Below, piece by piece: positions 38,196 to 50,096 of a DNA stretch of 64,000 nucleotides. Origin of the DNA: Marsupella aquatica (Eukaryota; Plantae; Marchantiophyta); contig OZ316893.1 of the NCBI GenBank assembly GCA_973895155.1, positions 15,778,645 through 15,842,644 of the forward strand, in the 5' to 3' direction. The position numbers were made by a program, and so were the translations under genes. The notes under the pieces were generated by a model that searched no databases, was not told the origin of the DNA, and saw only the letters and a program-made list of their open reading frames with translations. Within the stretch, counting starts at the first letter, position 1. Every line of letters starts with the position of its first letter.

Positions 38196-40367
38196 ATGCA
38201 TTGTAGAACTTTTACCGCGTCGTGCGGACGGGAAGTTGGACCTAGGTCGAGGGACACACCAAAGTGTTCAACTGACAGAGAACTAAGCGTTGGCGGTTTG
38301 AGCAAAATCCAATCGGAGTCAATTATGGCAACATTGATGGATGAATGTGCGGGTATGGAGTATTTCATGCCTTCCGTTGATGCCATGACGCGCGGCTCCG
38401 TCCTTGCTGGTTTCTGTGAGCACGTTCCTGATCTGAGATCCTTAATGTCGGGCAGGGGAACTTCCTCAGTATGCGGCAACGCTGTATTTGCTGCTACCCA
38501 TACAACGCGTGAATGTAAAGAAGAGCCACTTTCTGGTAGTGGTCGTAGCGGCACATCATCACAGAGTTTTACTCATCAAGAACGAGCAATGCGGGACCTG
38601 GAGCGAACAGTCATAGGCAATGAAGTGAAATGGACTTGCACGATGGCCCCAACAACTCCGAAAGGCTCAGAGATGCCACTGCATTGTCTTTCAGAAGACT
38701 CTGTGGAGCCTAGTTGTGCTGGTGGTGCTTTTGACCATATGACCGATAGCCCAACGAGTACATTGACAGCCGACTCCGAACGTGATCATTTCTGTGGTTC
38801 CATTTCTAAATATGGTTTGGATACTTTCCAATATGCAAGGCTTCAATGTCAAACAGTCGACAAAAACCATCTGGACGTTGCAGGACGTCTCCTATCAGAT
38901 GGATACTCACTCTTTGACCTCGAACCGAGCAATTTATTTCCCATGATATCGCCTGACTTTGAGGCGGCGGAGGATTGCAACAGCTCTGGGTCTTCTGCTT
39001 CTGACCTTCGGTGGTCTTCGAGAGAGCTGGCTGCCGTCGACGGTATTGTTTTCCAGGAGCCGTGTGATATTTTGGGTCCGGTGCCCATCTTGCAGGCAGA
39101 GCAGATGCAATGTTTTGTGCCTAGTATGCACGACAGTCTCGAAACTGTCGCCGCAAACCAGATTTCAGGTTCAACCTTAGTAGGGGGACCTGTGGAAGAG
39201 AATTTGTCGACTGACATAGTCGAGGACAAAGAGGAGCGAGGTGTGGAGCTCGTACAAACATTAGTGGCTTGCGCTCAGGCCATATCGGGAGGGGAGCTGG
39301 GTGCTGCACAGCAGCATGTGAGGCGACTGTGCCACTTAATTTCGCCCAAAGGCAGCTCCATGGAGCGAGTAGCTACCTACTTCACGAGGGCTCTCTCAGC
39401 TCGGCTGGACAGTGAGCTGCTAGGTTATCAAGGCTGCGACATCGACTCCTACGTGGAGTCCTCAATTGTTGAGCAGAAATTGATAGCTTATCGGAACTTT
39501 TACTCATCGTGTCCATACCTAATTGTCACCCACTTCACTGCCAATCAGGCAATTCTCGAAGCTTTTGAAGGAGAGGAAAAGGTTCACATTGTGGACCTGG
39601 ATATCAAACAAGGTCTACAGTGGCCTTCTTTGATACAAGCGCTATCCGAGCGCCCAATGGGTCCCCCACAACTGCGTGTTACGGGCGTTGCGGGGGACAC
39701 TCTGGACATGAAGAGTTTGATTGCAACGAAGAAGCGCCTTCTCGATTTTGCTGACATCTTCAACGTCCCACTCGAGTTCACTGTCATTAAGCAGAATTTG
39801 GAGAGCTTAGAACCTTGGATGTTGGGGATCAGAGATAACGAGGCACTGGCTGTGAATTGTGTGAGCTCTCTTCATCAACTCGTTGGACATCCCAGAGTGT
39901 CCATTAACAGCTTCCTGCTAATGATCCACAAACTGGAGCCGTCTGTTTTCACCATCGTTGAAGAGGATGCTGATCATGATCAAGAGTTCTTGCCACGCTT
40001 CATGAATGCATTGCATTACTACTCTTCCATGTTCGACTCCCTAGCAGCCAGCTGCAGCTCGCTAGACGAGAGGGAGAGCGTGGAGCGACTGCTTCTGGGG
40101 AGGGACATGATGGACATCGTTGGCCGGGAAGGACAGGAACGCTTGGCGAGGCACCAAACAGCTGACGTCTGGATCAGGCGCATGACACAGTTGGGATTCC
40201 GTCTTCGTCCCCTGAGTTCGCGTTCAATCATTCAAGCTAATTGTCTGCTCAATATGTATCCTGAGTCCAAGTACTGCCTCATCAGTCAGGAGTCGTTCCT
40301 CTCCATTGGCTGGCAAGACAAGCCTCTATATTATGTCTCGAGCTGGTGTTTAAGCAACAATTTTTGA
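38196..40367 (+). CDS. GRAS-family transcription regulator (SCR/RAM1/DELLA-related branch, no DELLA motif)
   Basis: Uninterrupted 723-aa ORF. LHRI (LVQTLVACAQAI..SMERVATYFTRALSARL), HFTANQAILEAFEG, VHIVD, QGLQWPSLIQAL, LRVTG, LAVNC, RFMNALHYYSSMFDSL, GWQDKPL..SSW. The true start could be a later ATG; a possible 5'UTR intron acceptor lies at 38063. Confidence 0.95.
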   Translation: MHCRTFTASCGREVGPRSRDTPKCSTDRELSVGGLSKIQSESIMATLMDECAGMEYFMPSVDAMTRGSVLAGFCEHVPDLRSLMSGRGTSSVCGNAVFAATHTTRECKEEPLSGSGRSGTSSQSFTHQERAMRDLERTVIGNEVKWTCTMAPTTPKGSEMPLHCLSEDSVEPSCAGGAFDHMTDSPTSTLTADSERDHFCGSISKYGLDTFQYARLQCQTVDKNHLDVAGRLLSDGYSLFDLEPSNLFPMISPDFEAAEDCNSSGSSASDLRWSSRELAAVDGIVFQEPCDILGPVPILQAEQMQCFVPSMHDSLETVAANQISGSTLVGGPVEENLSTDIVEDKEERGVELVQTLVACAQAISGGELGAAQQHVRRLCHLISPKGSSMERVATYFTRALSARLDSELLGYQGCDIDSYVESSIVEQKLIAYRNFYSSCPYLIVTHFTANQAILEAFEGEEKVHIVDLDIKQGLQWPSLIQALSERPMGPPQLRVTGVAGDTLDMKSLIATKKRLLDFADIFNVPLEFTVIKQNLESLEPWMLGIRDNEALAVNCVSSLHQLVGHPRVSINSFLLMIHKLEPSVFTIVEEDADHDQEFLPRFMNALHYYSSMFDSLAASCSSLDERESVERLLLGRDMMDIVGREGQERLARHQTADVWIRRMTQLGFRLRPLSSRSIIQANCLLNMYPESKYCLISQESFLSIGWQDKPLYYVSSWCLSNNF

Positions 40368-42246
40368 ACAAATTTGGCTGCTGGACATGTCGGTCGATAA
40401 TGTTTGACTGCATTTGTGGTTACTTTGTCCGCTAGCGTGCGGCCTGGCTAATACAAGCTTAAGAAGAGTTCAAAGCTCGAATGCACTTGGATTGCATTAT
40501 TGTCTGTCTTGAAGTTTGCATCGCGCAGTTATGAATTCGTTTATCTAGAACGCGAGCTCAACGGCACGCTTACTGATTCCTTTGCACGACTTACCATTCT
40601 TTCGATCCTTCACGTCGCCCTTTCCATGTTTAGGACTTCGCGAAAAGTTCCAGAGTCGTAGAGGGCTTAGTTGTGACATGGAGATCCTCACATGAATTAG
40701 TTTGAATTAGTTTGCCTGCAATTAGATGAGGTAGGGCTCTGAAATTAGTGGGCTCTCTAAACTACTTATTGTTTGGGAAGCTGTAGCCACAGTAAGTAGC
40801 ATTCGGTATGGTATTGGCGTAAATGTTTTCAACCTGGAATTAAATTAAAGTATGTCAGAAACCTCATATCAATTCTTGTGTATACATGTTTGCCATGGAT
40901 TAGATGGGCACGAGGATCACACAACGTCCCATCTGGGACTACCATTGATCTGCGGGGTCGAGAAAGGCAATGTTCTGATAATTGGTAGCACATGATCTAC
41001 CGTAGTTATGTTAGTGGTAATAGAGTTTTTTGCATATACACATCATTCCGACAGCTCGATCAATAAGGAAAACCCCTTCTGGAGTTTTCTGAATGATCTT
41101 AAGCGAGATGACTGTTTGAGAAGCCCTTGACAAAGCACTTCCCGCTAGCCTGGTAGGATGAGACATTCCCAATTCAAAATGGACACCGTACTCCATGAGC
41201 ATTGTACAGCGCACAAGAACCAGGGATGTCGAATACACGTCTTCATGTCGTTCAGTTCGGACAGGTCGACACAACTCCTGATATATAGGTTGCTGGATGA
41301 CTGGATGATTGCTACCCATAACACGGTCCAGAAGCAAGAAAACAGGCGTCTTATATACATCTCATTGCCAACTTGCCCACGATCCAGCAAAGGGTGTAAA
41401 CTTTTTGCGACAAAATAGATGATCGTCAAATTAACTGCAGAAGGATCGTTTAGTATTCCTATCACTTAAATGTTTCAGAGATGCGTCCAAGGCTAGTTTA
41501 GAGGTGATTTTTCAGTTCAATAAAAAGTCGAATGAGTCAATAATTGCTTTCAAAGTGAAGCCTCGCTTTGGCCGTACCTGTCGTAGGTTTTGCCTCCCTC
41601 TCCCTTGTTTCGATACGATGTGGGCGCTGTGCAAGAAACAGTTCTTCATGTCTACAAATGGGAGGGAGACGAGTTTCAATCTGTCCACAAACACGACGTG
41701 AGACATGAAGTGCTCCGACTAAGCGGGAACTGGATGAAATCTTGAATGACGTGATATCGTACCACTTCTATGGTAAGCCGTAAAAGTCAGTAGAGGCTGG
41801 TTGTAACCCCTGAAAGAACTCAACACCATATGCAGACTCTGTCGAGGCAAAAAACGATTCTTGCTGTTATGGTAGAGAGTGGAGTGCACGAAATGAACTT
41901 CTAGAATATAACGTGAACTACTGTGTTGATTAATGCATCGGACTGATAGAAGAAAAACTTGATACCAGACATTTGGACACAGTCAACTTTTGTTCATGCC
42001 ACTGACATGAAGAGTTTTTAATTCATTGTTTGGGACGAAGAACAATGATTTTTACTCTCTTAGATCACATCGATCTCTTTTTGAACATTGTAACACTAAC
42101 TGATTGTAGTCTCTGGAGCTCTGTCGTACTCCTGAACTCAACCTCGGATTATCTTTACCCAAGTGCCTCAGCTGTTTTTGAACATGAGTCAGAGGTGGCA
42201 GAACGAAAAACGCAGCTCACCTAAATAATCTCCTCACCAGTCAATC

Positions 42247-42443
42247 ATTCCAAACTCCTGGAGCAACACAACCATCTGACTCGATCCGTGAAGTGAAGCC
42301 AAAAGATTTCTTCGTGCGTAGCCACGGGGTAACGTTCATGAGAAAATTCCAAACTCCTGGAGCAACACAACCGTCTGACTCGATCCGTGAAGTGAAGCCA
42401 AAAGCTTTCTTCGTGCCTAGCCACGGGGTAACGTTCATGAGAA
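42247..42443 (+). repeat. 99-bp tandem duplication
   Basis: attccaaactcctggagcaac...cgttcatgagaa at 42247 and 42346. Confidence 0.9.
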
Positions 42444-43431
42444 TTGTTGCGGAAATCTTTTTTGAGGGGGTTGTTGACTCTAGGGAGTATGTGAAACGGC
42501 AATCGGCACTCGTTGGAAAGGATCCCCAAGTGTGATAATAGTACTTTAGCTGTTAAAAAGAATGTAAGGACGCTTGAGTACCTATATAGGAGCAACTAGA
42601 TAAGCACCACAATGCGCCACTTCCACGGCAATGACGCTCATGATGATGGGCCTGGGGACCCACTTCACAGTAGGCCCTGGAGTGATTGATCGAGGCACGA
42701 CGATGAGAAAAAGTGTAAGGACAAAGAGTGAGAGACGGAGTACCATCAACATCGAGCGCAGGTCGAAAGTCAATAAGTTCAATGGATGAGTGGTGGTAAA
42801 ATGAGACTTCGCTGGGCAATTCCTCTTTGGAGGATCCCCCTGATCTATCTGGTTTGTTTTACTCATCAATAAAGTCTACCGTTCAAGAGTAGAATTAAAA
42901 AGTTGGTCAATTAAAATGCTCCATGGAAGCCCTGGGACCAGCGCCTACGACACGATAGGAGTACTTGAGTGCGTTGGCGACGATGAATCTAATCGTCATC
43001 GAGACCCTGGGACCAGATGCGTCGATACGGCAGGAATGAATGAGGAGGAAGTACCGCATGTGAAAGGTTTTTGGGGGCTGCTAAAGTGCTGACTTCAGAT
43101 TTGAGTCAGCTCACCGAAAGCAATGATCAAGTTGGTTTGTGACAGTTGACGCCGCCTCGAGACTGAGAAAGCATAACTGGATGCCTTTTTGCATGATCCT
43201 GGGCATTATTTCCTGGTCAATTATGGACAATGAAAAGGGCCATACCGTACTGAGCAAGTATAGCAAAATAATGGTGTGATTGACTCCTGGGATTATGTGC
43301 CCCGGCACTTGGCCCTTTTGAGACTGACCTCTGGCTTGACACTAAGGTGACCATGCTAAAAACGAATTCGCATTGTACCTAGAGGAAACTTGGCATTGGA
43401 CAAGAGTATCATACTTGAAGCTGCTATATGT

Positions 43432-43865
43432 TGAATCCAACTCTCATGTTTTGTCTGTCTTATTCATATTTGTGTATCATGAATTTTTATTTGAATGTAC
43501 CTTAACAAGGGGCATCCTTTGTATCACATAGACTTTTAATTCGTTTTTGAACCCCTTTAAATTTTTGGTATTCTATAGTGTTTTGAATTTATTTTGGCAG
43601 CCCCCTTAATTTGTAAACTTTGTTAAGTCTTAGAGAGAAACTAAGGTGAATCCAACTCTCATGTTTTGTCTTATTCATATTTGTGTATCATGAATTTTTA
43701 TTTGAATGTACCTTAACAAGGGGCATCCTTTGTATCACATAGACTTTTCATTCATTTTTGGACCCCTTTAAATTTTTGGTATTTTATAGTGTTTTGAATT
43801 TATTTTTCCAGCCCCCTTAATTTGTATAATTTGTAAACTTTGTTAAGTCTTAGAGAGAAACTAAG
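43432..43865 (+). repeat. ~215-bp AT-rich tandem duplication
   Basis: tgaatccaactctcatg...agagagaaactaagg at 43432 and 43647. Confidence 0.9.
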
Positions 43866-44022
43866 GGTTTCATTTTCTACCGCTTTTAAGTATACTCATG
43901 AGTGAGAGGAATGATTCTAAGAAATGTCAGCACATCCTGTCTTAAGCTCCCCTTGTGACTTTCTTTCCTAAGTTTATGGTTTTTATTGAATAAGAGTCAT
44001 TAATAAGACACACTGAAATAAG

Positions 44023-44221
44023 TGCACAACTCGTAGGATCTTTGTGTAATAGAATTGTACTTTCCATTGGTCACTATGTGCTTTTATTGCATGTGTTTTA
44101 TTTATATTATTTGATTTCATTGTGCACAACTCGTAGCAACTTTGTGTAATGAAATTGTACTTTCCATTGGTCACTATATGCTTTTATTGTATGTACTTTA
44201 TTTATATTATTTGATTTCATT
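44023..44221 (+). repeat. ~100-bp tandem duplication
   Basis: tgcacaactcgtag...ttatttgatttcatt occurs twice. Confidence 0.85.
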
Positions 44222-44379
44222 CACATTTAATATGTATTCTAGTCTTACTCTTTGATTTTGTCCACTTAATATCACTACAAGACAAAAAGTAAAGCATGTT
44301 CCAAGATGAGCATGCTATATCATCCCGGTTTGGACTTGTCTGACAAATAGAGGCCTTTGGACTCGACAACCGACAAGTT

Positions 44380-45420
44380 GTCACCCGGTCCACCCGGTCC
44401 CCGGTCCGGCTCCCGGCCGGTAATTCCCGGCCCGGCTACTATCCCCGGAATGTTACCCGGTTCCGTCCCGGCCCGGCCCGTCGCGACTAGAAAATCCTGG
44501 CCCAGCTCGTGTATTTGGAATCGGCACCCCTCTCCCGGCCTGTGTATATGTGGCCGGCCCGGCCCGGCCCGGTCTCAGGAGTATGTGGGGAGCCGGGAAT
44601 GGGGAATAGGGAATGCGAGCCGGGAGTGAGGAATAGTAGTGGAACGCGAGCCGGGCGGGGAGGGGGTGCGAGGCGAGGCGAGGCGAGGCGGGCCGGGCGG
44701 GGGGGGGCAGGCGAGCCGGGCCGGGCGGAGGGGGGCGAGGCGAGGCGAGGCGAGGCGAGGCGAGCCGGGCCGGGCCGGGAGGGTGAGGGCCGGGCCAGGA
44801 TGCGGGGCAGGGCGGGGCATTTTAGGGTTAGGGCCGGCCGGATCGGCTCGGGCGGGGGTCGGCTCGGGAGGTCAAGCTCGGGTGGGGGGGCCGGGAGTAT
44901 AAGAGGAGGACTCTCCCTCCTTCCCTCCTCATTCTTTACTTTTGCTTTTGGTGAGTGCATTGTTTTCCTTGCTTTTGCTTTCCTTTGCATGGTTTACTTG
45001 TTTTTTGCTTTGTGTCTTTGCTTTATGTATGGTCATTATAAGTTAGTGTTTAGTTTAATTTGGAGGGGTATTATGAGTTTCTCATGCGCGCATGCTTGGA
45101 GCCCCGGCTCGGCGTGTGGTATTTCGTGTGGGAAAATCTAATACCGCCTTAACAGTTTAGTGTCATTTGTGGGATTAGTGGAAAGTTTACGAGGATAGAG
45201 ACATTCATGTACGCTTGCCTGGAGCTTCGGCTCGGCGTGTGATATTTTGCATGGATATTACGACTCCTCGTGAACGATTTCACTTCCCTCACAAATGATA
45301 TCTAAACTATAGTTATCACATAGATTTGAAGCAGGAATGTTAATAACTGAAAGGATAGGATATCATTTGTGCCCATGCTTGGAGCCTCGGCTCGGCGTGG
45401 GGTATTTCACAAGAGTTATC
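44380..45420. repeat. Left subterminal arm (ccggc-rich GC array, then three catgcttggagc..cggctcggcgtg repeats)
   Basis: Mirrored in inverted orientation at 52800-53990. Confidence 0.85.
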
Positions 45421-45650
45421 TTTCCCCTTTGCAGTTGTTACATTCACAATAATAATAATGAATGAAAAAAAACAAATATATCTCGTGACTATCCCGTGAC
45501 CCTCCCGTGACAAGGTGTACCACGCATGATTTTCCAGGAGTTCCTATTGCAGCTTGGTTGTACACACCGCATCAGTACCTCGCCTCCCAGCCAATATGCA
45601 TCGTAAGTTTCTACTCCTTTTGATACTCTTTGTTCTGGTGTCGCGGGAAC

Positions 45651-47312
45651 ATGGCCAACCCGGATGTAGGTGTAGAATATAGGCAGTTGATGGAGGTGAT
45701 GAGTACCATGCTGAGCGATGGATTGGAACCAGATGCGAATGCCCTGAATGCCTTGAGGAATGCGCACAAAATCTTAGGGTTTAGTAGAAAAGCCAAAATA
45801 GCAGGGAAGCGAAAACAAAGAGGAGGGGCTGCTCAAACAACCATCGACATCAACCATCGACAAAATGTGTTACTGGCCATTTGGAAGGATATAGTATATC
45901 CCTACACCCAACCGGAATAGTATGAGCATGATAGGTTTGAAAGGAAGTATACCTTACATGGAGAACAGGGATACAAAAACTTTCAAAATGACATGGTGCG
46001 TTGCATGCGCCAAACCGTAGAGAAGGAAGAGGACATGACACGAGAACAGATTCAGCAATTTCAACGCGAGGCTGAGAAGCCTCAAGGATTTGTTGAGCAA
46101 TTGGCACTGAACTTGGCTGTGAACCTGTGGGACAAGTTGGTAGCCAATTTGGGGGGGGCTGAGTCCATATTCCTTGGAAATCCTGCCCTCCATAGACACA
46201 AAAGATAATTGTGTCTAAAATGGAGCAATGAGTTAGGAATGGCCAGAACAGAAAGTAATGTCAAATATGCGAATAAGGTCGTGCAATTTGGGGAGCTTGG
46301 TGTTGAAGGGCACCAAAGAGGTACAAGACCATCACGTGTTGTTCCAGCAGTAAGGAGTATTCACTTTTTGAGGATGGAACAAGTGAAGAATTTACATCGC
46401 ATTGGGAGTGGCAGCCAAGGGCAGGTGTTCTAGTGCCATATCTTGGATTGCCCACTCATTCCTCGAAATGTGAAGCTAGTGGCAAAAAGATTCAAAGATG
46501 GAGATAGGCACAAGAGGATAAAAGATGCGTTACAAGAAGTGCTAATGGGGGGTTTGAATCATAAGGGAGTTATTGGGGCCTTGGCAATGACCATCGAATT
46601 TCCACCCAAACTTATCTATGATTTTTACAATGGAGGTGACTTGGGAAGCTTCATGGATAAGTGTGGAAAATGGGGTAAAAGCAAGGGGAAGTCACAAGGG
46701 AATGTGCAGGTTGATGTGAGATTCATATCCGAGAAGAAAAATTTTTTGGAGCATCGCTTGGGGATTGCTTTGGCTTTGTTGGAGACCTTACAATTTCTCC
46801 ACAAGCACGATCGACTACATTGTGATCTTCACTTTGGAAATATCTTACTTCACTTTGATCATGAGGATGATGTTGCTATCAGAGTGTATGTAGGAATTTG
46901 TGATTTTGGGTTATCCAGGCACAAAACACAATGTACATTACCAGAGAATCGAATGTGGTCCACCCCAAGTGAGAAAGTTATTGCCTATCGAAGACAATAC
47001 CCTCACTTGGCACCAGAGCTTGTTGGACCTGACCCAGCAGAGTATAGTGAAGCAACTGATATCTATGCTCTAGGCAATTTGTTCGAGACTTTACTCACAG
47101 AAAACTGGGATGGAATGGGGCCAAGCACACGATTTTTGATGGCGGGTTGGAATACTAGAGTGTACGGTCCAAAATTAGAGAATATCATTCGTGACATGAT
47201 GGCCACTGATCCTACCAAAAGAATGGATTGTGCCCATTGGAGTTTGAGGATGGTTCGCACATTTCAAGAGTGTAGATTGTTGACACAAAATAGTGTTTAT
47301 TTGAGAGATTAA
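45651..47312 (+). pseudogene. Protein kinase (non-RD) with unknown N-terminal domain, ~553 codons, three in-frame stops
   Basis: ORFs 45630, 45993, 46209 and 46443 share one frame, separated by TAG 45918, TAA 46206 and TAG 46431. IGSGSQGQVF, VAKRFK, ALQEV, HCDLHFGNILL, DFGLS, LAPE, DIYALG. Confidence 0.88.
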
Positions 47313-47473
47313 ATTAGTTTTCACCATTATCTTCTCTTAATTACCACATGAACAATCACATGTTCATCATGTGGAATAAATTGAAATTTTTATATCATCT
47401 CATAAAAAAAATTATTTTTGGTGAATGTTGCAATGAATGCTAAATATTTGTTTTTATTGTAAATTTTGCAAGG

Positions 47474-49340
47474 ATGGGAAAATGGGAGTTGAGTTCAGAT
47501 GAGGATGATGAGCCCAATCATGTATATGATCCTAAAATGCAAGATGGTCAAGGGTCTTACTTGGACCACAAAAATTACAGTTTTGACAACGTCCACAAAC
47601 TTCCAGCAACTCAGACGGAGGACGAGTCCAAACCCAATGTGCAATGGAATATACTCACACCCGATGTGAAACCTCCTCACACGGAATGGCCAATCAACGC
47701 CAAAGAATTGGAAATATTGATGCCTAAGGAGGCTTTTCAAAAATTTTCCAAAATAATTTTTCGCGATGAGGAAATGTGGGGCACAAAGTCTTGGTTGCAA
47801 GATAAGTTTACTATGTCGAAGGTGACACATGAAGAGGTGAAGCAGCACTGGGCACAACGTTACAGGGAATTTGCTCCAAGAAAAGCGCAAGGGAAAACAA
47901 GTTCAGTATATACTCCTTTTATCCGACTACTGATTGCTGAATTCATCCTGAGGTGGAAAATGGATTACCGATGGGAGACGGACGAAGGCAAGTTTGTGCA
48001 TAATGTTCACTCAAAAGTCTTTTCCACCACAAGTAACAGGAATAAAATGCCTGTGACTACCAACAAAGGCTCCAAGCGAAAAATAGATGAAGTGCACAAG
48101 GTGCATACAAATGAGAGCCAAAAAATGACTGCAATCCCACAGTTCTTTACAAAATCTGAAAGCAGTGCCGCTTGTATCAAAGAGGGAAAAAGCACTACAA
48201 CAACAACAAACGTTTCTATTGGTCCAAGTAGCACCTTACCAACAAACAACACGGGTGTTTTGGATGCCAACAAGGGAACTCCTTGCATGCAAAGTGTCTG
48301 CAAGGGGTTGGGATGTGAGATTGGTGATTTTATTGAGAACATTCTCCGCGTCAATTACCATCTCGAACTTTGTGACGCTGGTAGCATTGAATACTACACG
48401 TCAAAACTAAAAGAGAGTAATTTGAAGATGAAATCACTAGAGAAGATGTCTATTTCATCGGGTACCAATTGTGAGGTCCAAGACATGTACTGATACAAGG
48501 CCCAATTGTTTGACAAGATGGAAGAAATTGAGAGGCTTCGAAGGCAAGTTGCTGAAAATGAAAGGCAATCCAATGAACAAGCGCAACTTCAAGAAAATAG
48601 TCATAAAGAATCTAAAGGATGAAGTTGCATCACAAAAGCTCATCATCACAAATCTCCAAGAAGAGATAGACCAAATGAACAATTCTGATATGGACAATGA
48701 ATCGAACAAAGAAAAATCAAAATTGAACAATGTCAATTTTATGAATTTTCAAATGATTGATCCTACATTAGAATCTAACCTTTTTCCTGATGTGGAGGTC
48801 GATTCGGTAGCAGTCGAGGAGTATTTTGATAAGTGGAAGAAAGATGAAAGTATGGCTGAATTTGTTCGACAAAAGGGTGCAAGGTGTCCTTGGTGTTTAT
48901 ATCCATGGGGCCTAGAATCAGTTTCCATTCTGGGAACTTGCGGACATTTATGGCATCATGCTTGCTTATTCAGGTGGATGAAGAAGAGTCAAAAATGTTG
49001 GTGTAGGAAACCATTTCATGAACGGGAGTATGAGCAACAAGGATTGTTGAATCAAATCCCACCAATGGAGACACAACAAGACGATGAAGACATGACTCAG
49101 GACAGTGCGGCGCTGACGAAAATAGATTCCACACCCATTGAAAACTTTACAATCAATGAGTACAATCTGTCAGATGGTGACTTTGACAAGTTGTTATTCA
49201 GTGGTCATTTCAATGAATGGAAAGAGTATGCTCAGTCCAATCAACCAACTACCAACGAGCAAAACATGCAACAATCTATTCGTCGTCATCGGCGACGTCA
49301 GCAACAAGCAGAAGTGAAAGCGGAAATGACCATGCATTGA
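47474..49340 (+). pseudogene. Coiled-coil plus RING-H2 protein (putative E3 ligase), ~620 aa
   Basis: The 47474 frame reads past TGA 48491 into a coiled coil (YKAQLFDKMEEIERLRRQ) and shifts at the A-run near 48595 into the frame containing CPWC..GTCGHLWHHACL..W..KCWC. Confidence 0.75.
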
Positions 49341-50096
49341 GAGAGGAAGATACCAAAACATTTACTATTTGCATATTCATACATTTTTGATCGTGTAGTG
49401 TACGCTTACCTAGTTGTACTATACACATTTTCTATAGTATCGGCCGCATAGGATAGTTTCTAGACATTAGATCATATTATTCATATATAGTACCGGCTGC
49501 ACCACAAAGATTTTCATGGGCATGTCCTTGAAAGTTGAAAACATATATTTATTAAATTTCATTTTTACACTCGGTGAATCTTTTGCATGGAGATATGAAT
49601 TCAGCGATTGCTGTTGTAATATGGTGATTATTTCAAAAAAATACGTTCAAATATAGAACACTCTAAAAATTGTAATCGATGATACAATCGCAAGCAAGAG
49701 TAAAACCAAGCACCAAAGCCATTGAAAGTGGGAAAAAAATATGTATTATACTTCAAAAATTACAATTGACAAATATCATCCTGTCGTAATCACAAAACAT
49801 ATCAAGGTTGTGAGGAGTAATCCCTCATCATATTGTTCTGATTTCGTTGCATGAGTCCATCAAATTCATGATGTCGATTGGCCCATGGAAATGGGTAACG
49901 ATTATGCAAATCGTCATTGTCATGAGATTGTTGAACGACACGAGCATGCGTGTATGATGGGTATGGGTTCGTGACATTGACTGCTGGAGTAACTGTTTGT
50001 CCCCACTGTGCATCATTATGTAGTGTTCGGCGTTGTAGTTGATCATGTTGTGCATAAAAGGCAGAAGTAGTTCCCTCCAAATGATGCTCTGGTATG

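Noticed and set aside
40400-43400. Short ORFs downstream of the GRAS gene
   Set aside because: No motifs or consistent splice structure; treated as intergenic.
44357-45141. Pro/Arg/Gly-rich ORFs (also 53286-54055)
   Set aside because: By-products of the stop-poor GC subterminal arrays; open in several frames on both strands.
45918-46433. In-frame stops read as a sign of RNA editing, readthrough or an alternative genetic code
   Set aside because: C-to-T deamination explains them, the same pattern occurs in the other TEs here, the GRAS gene has none, and U-to-C editing is organellar.
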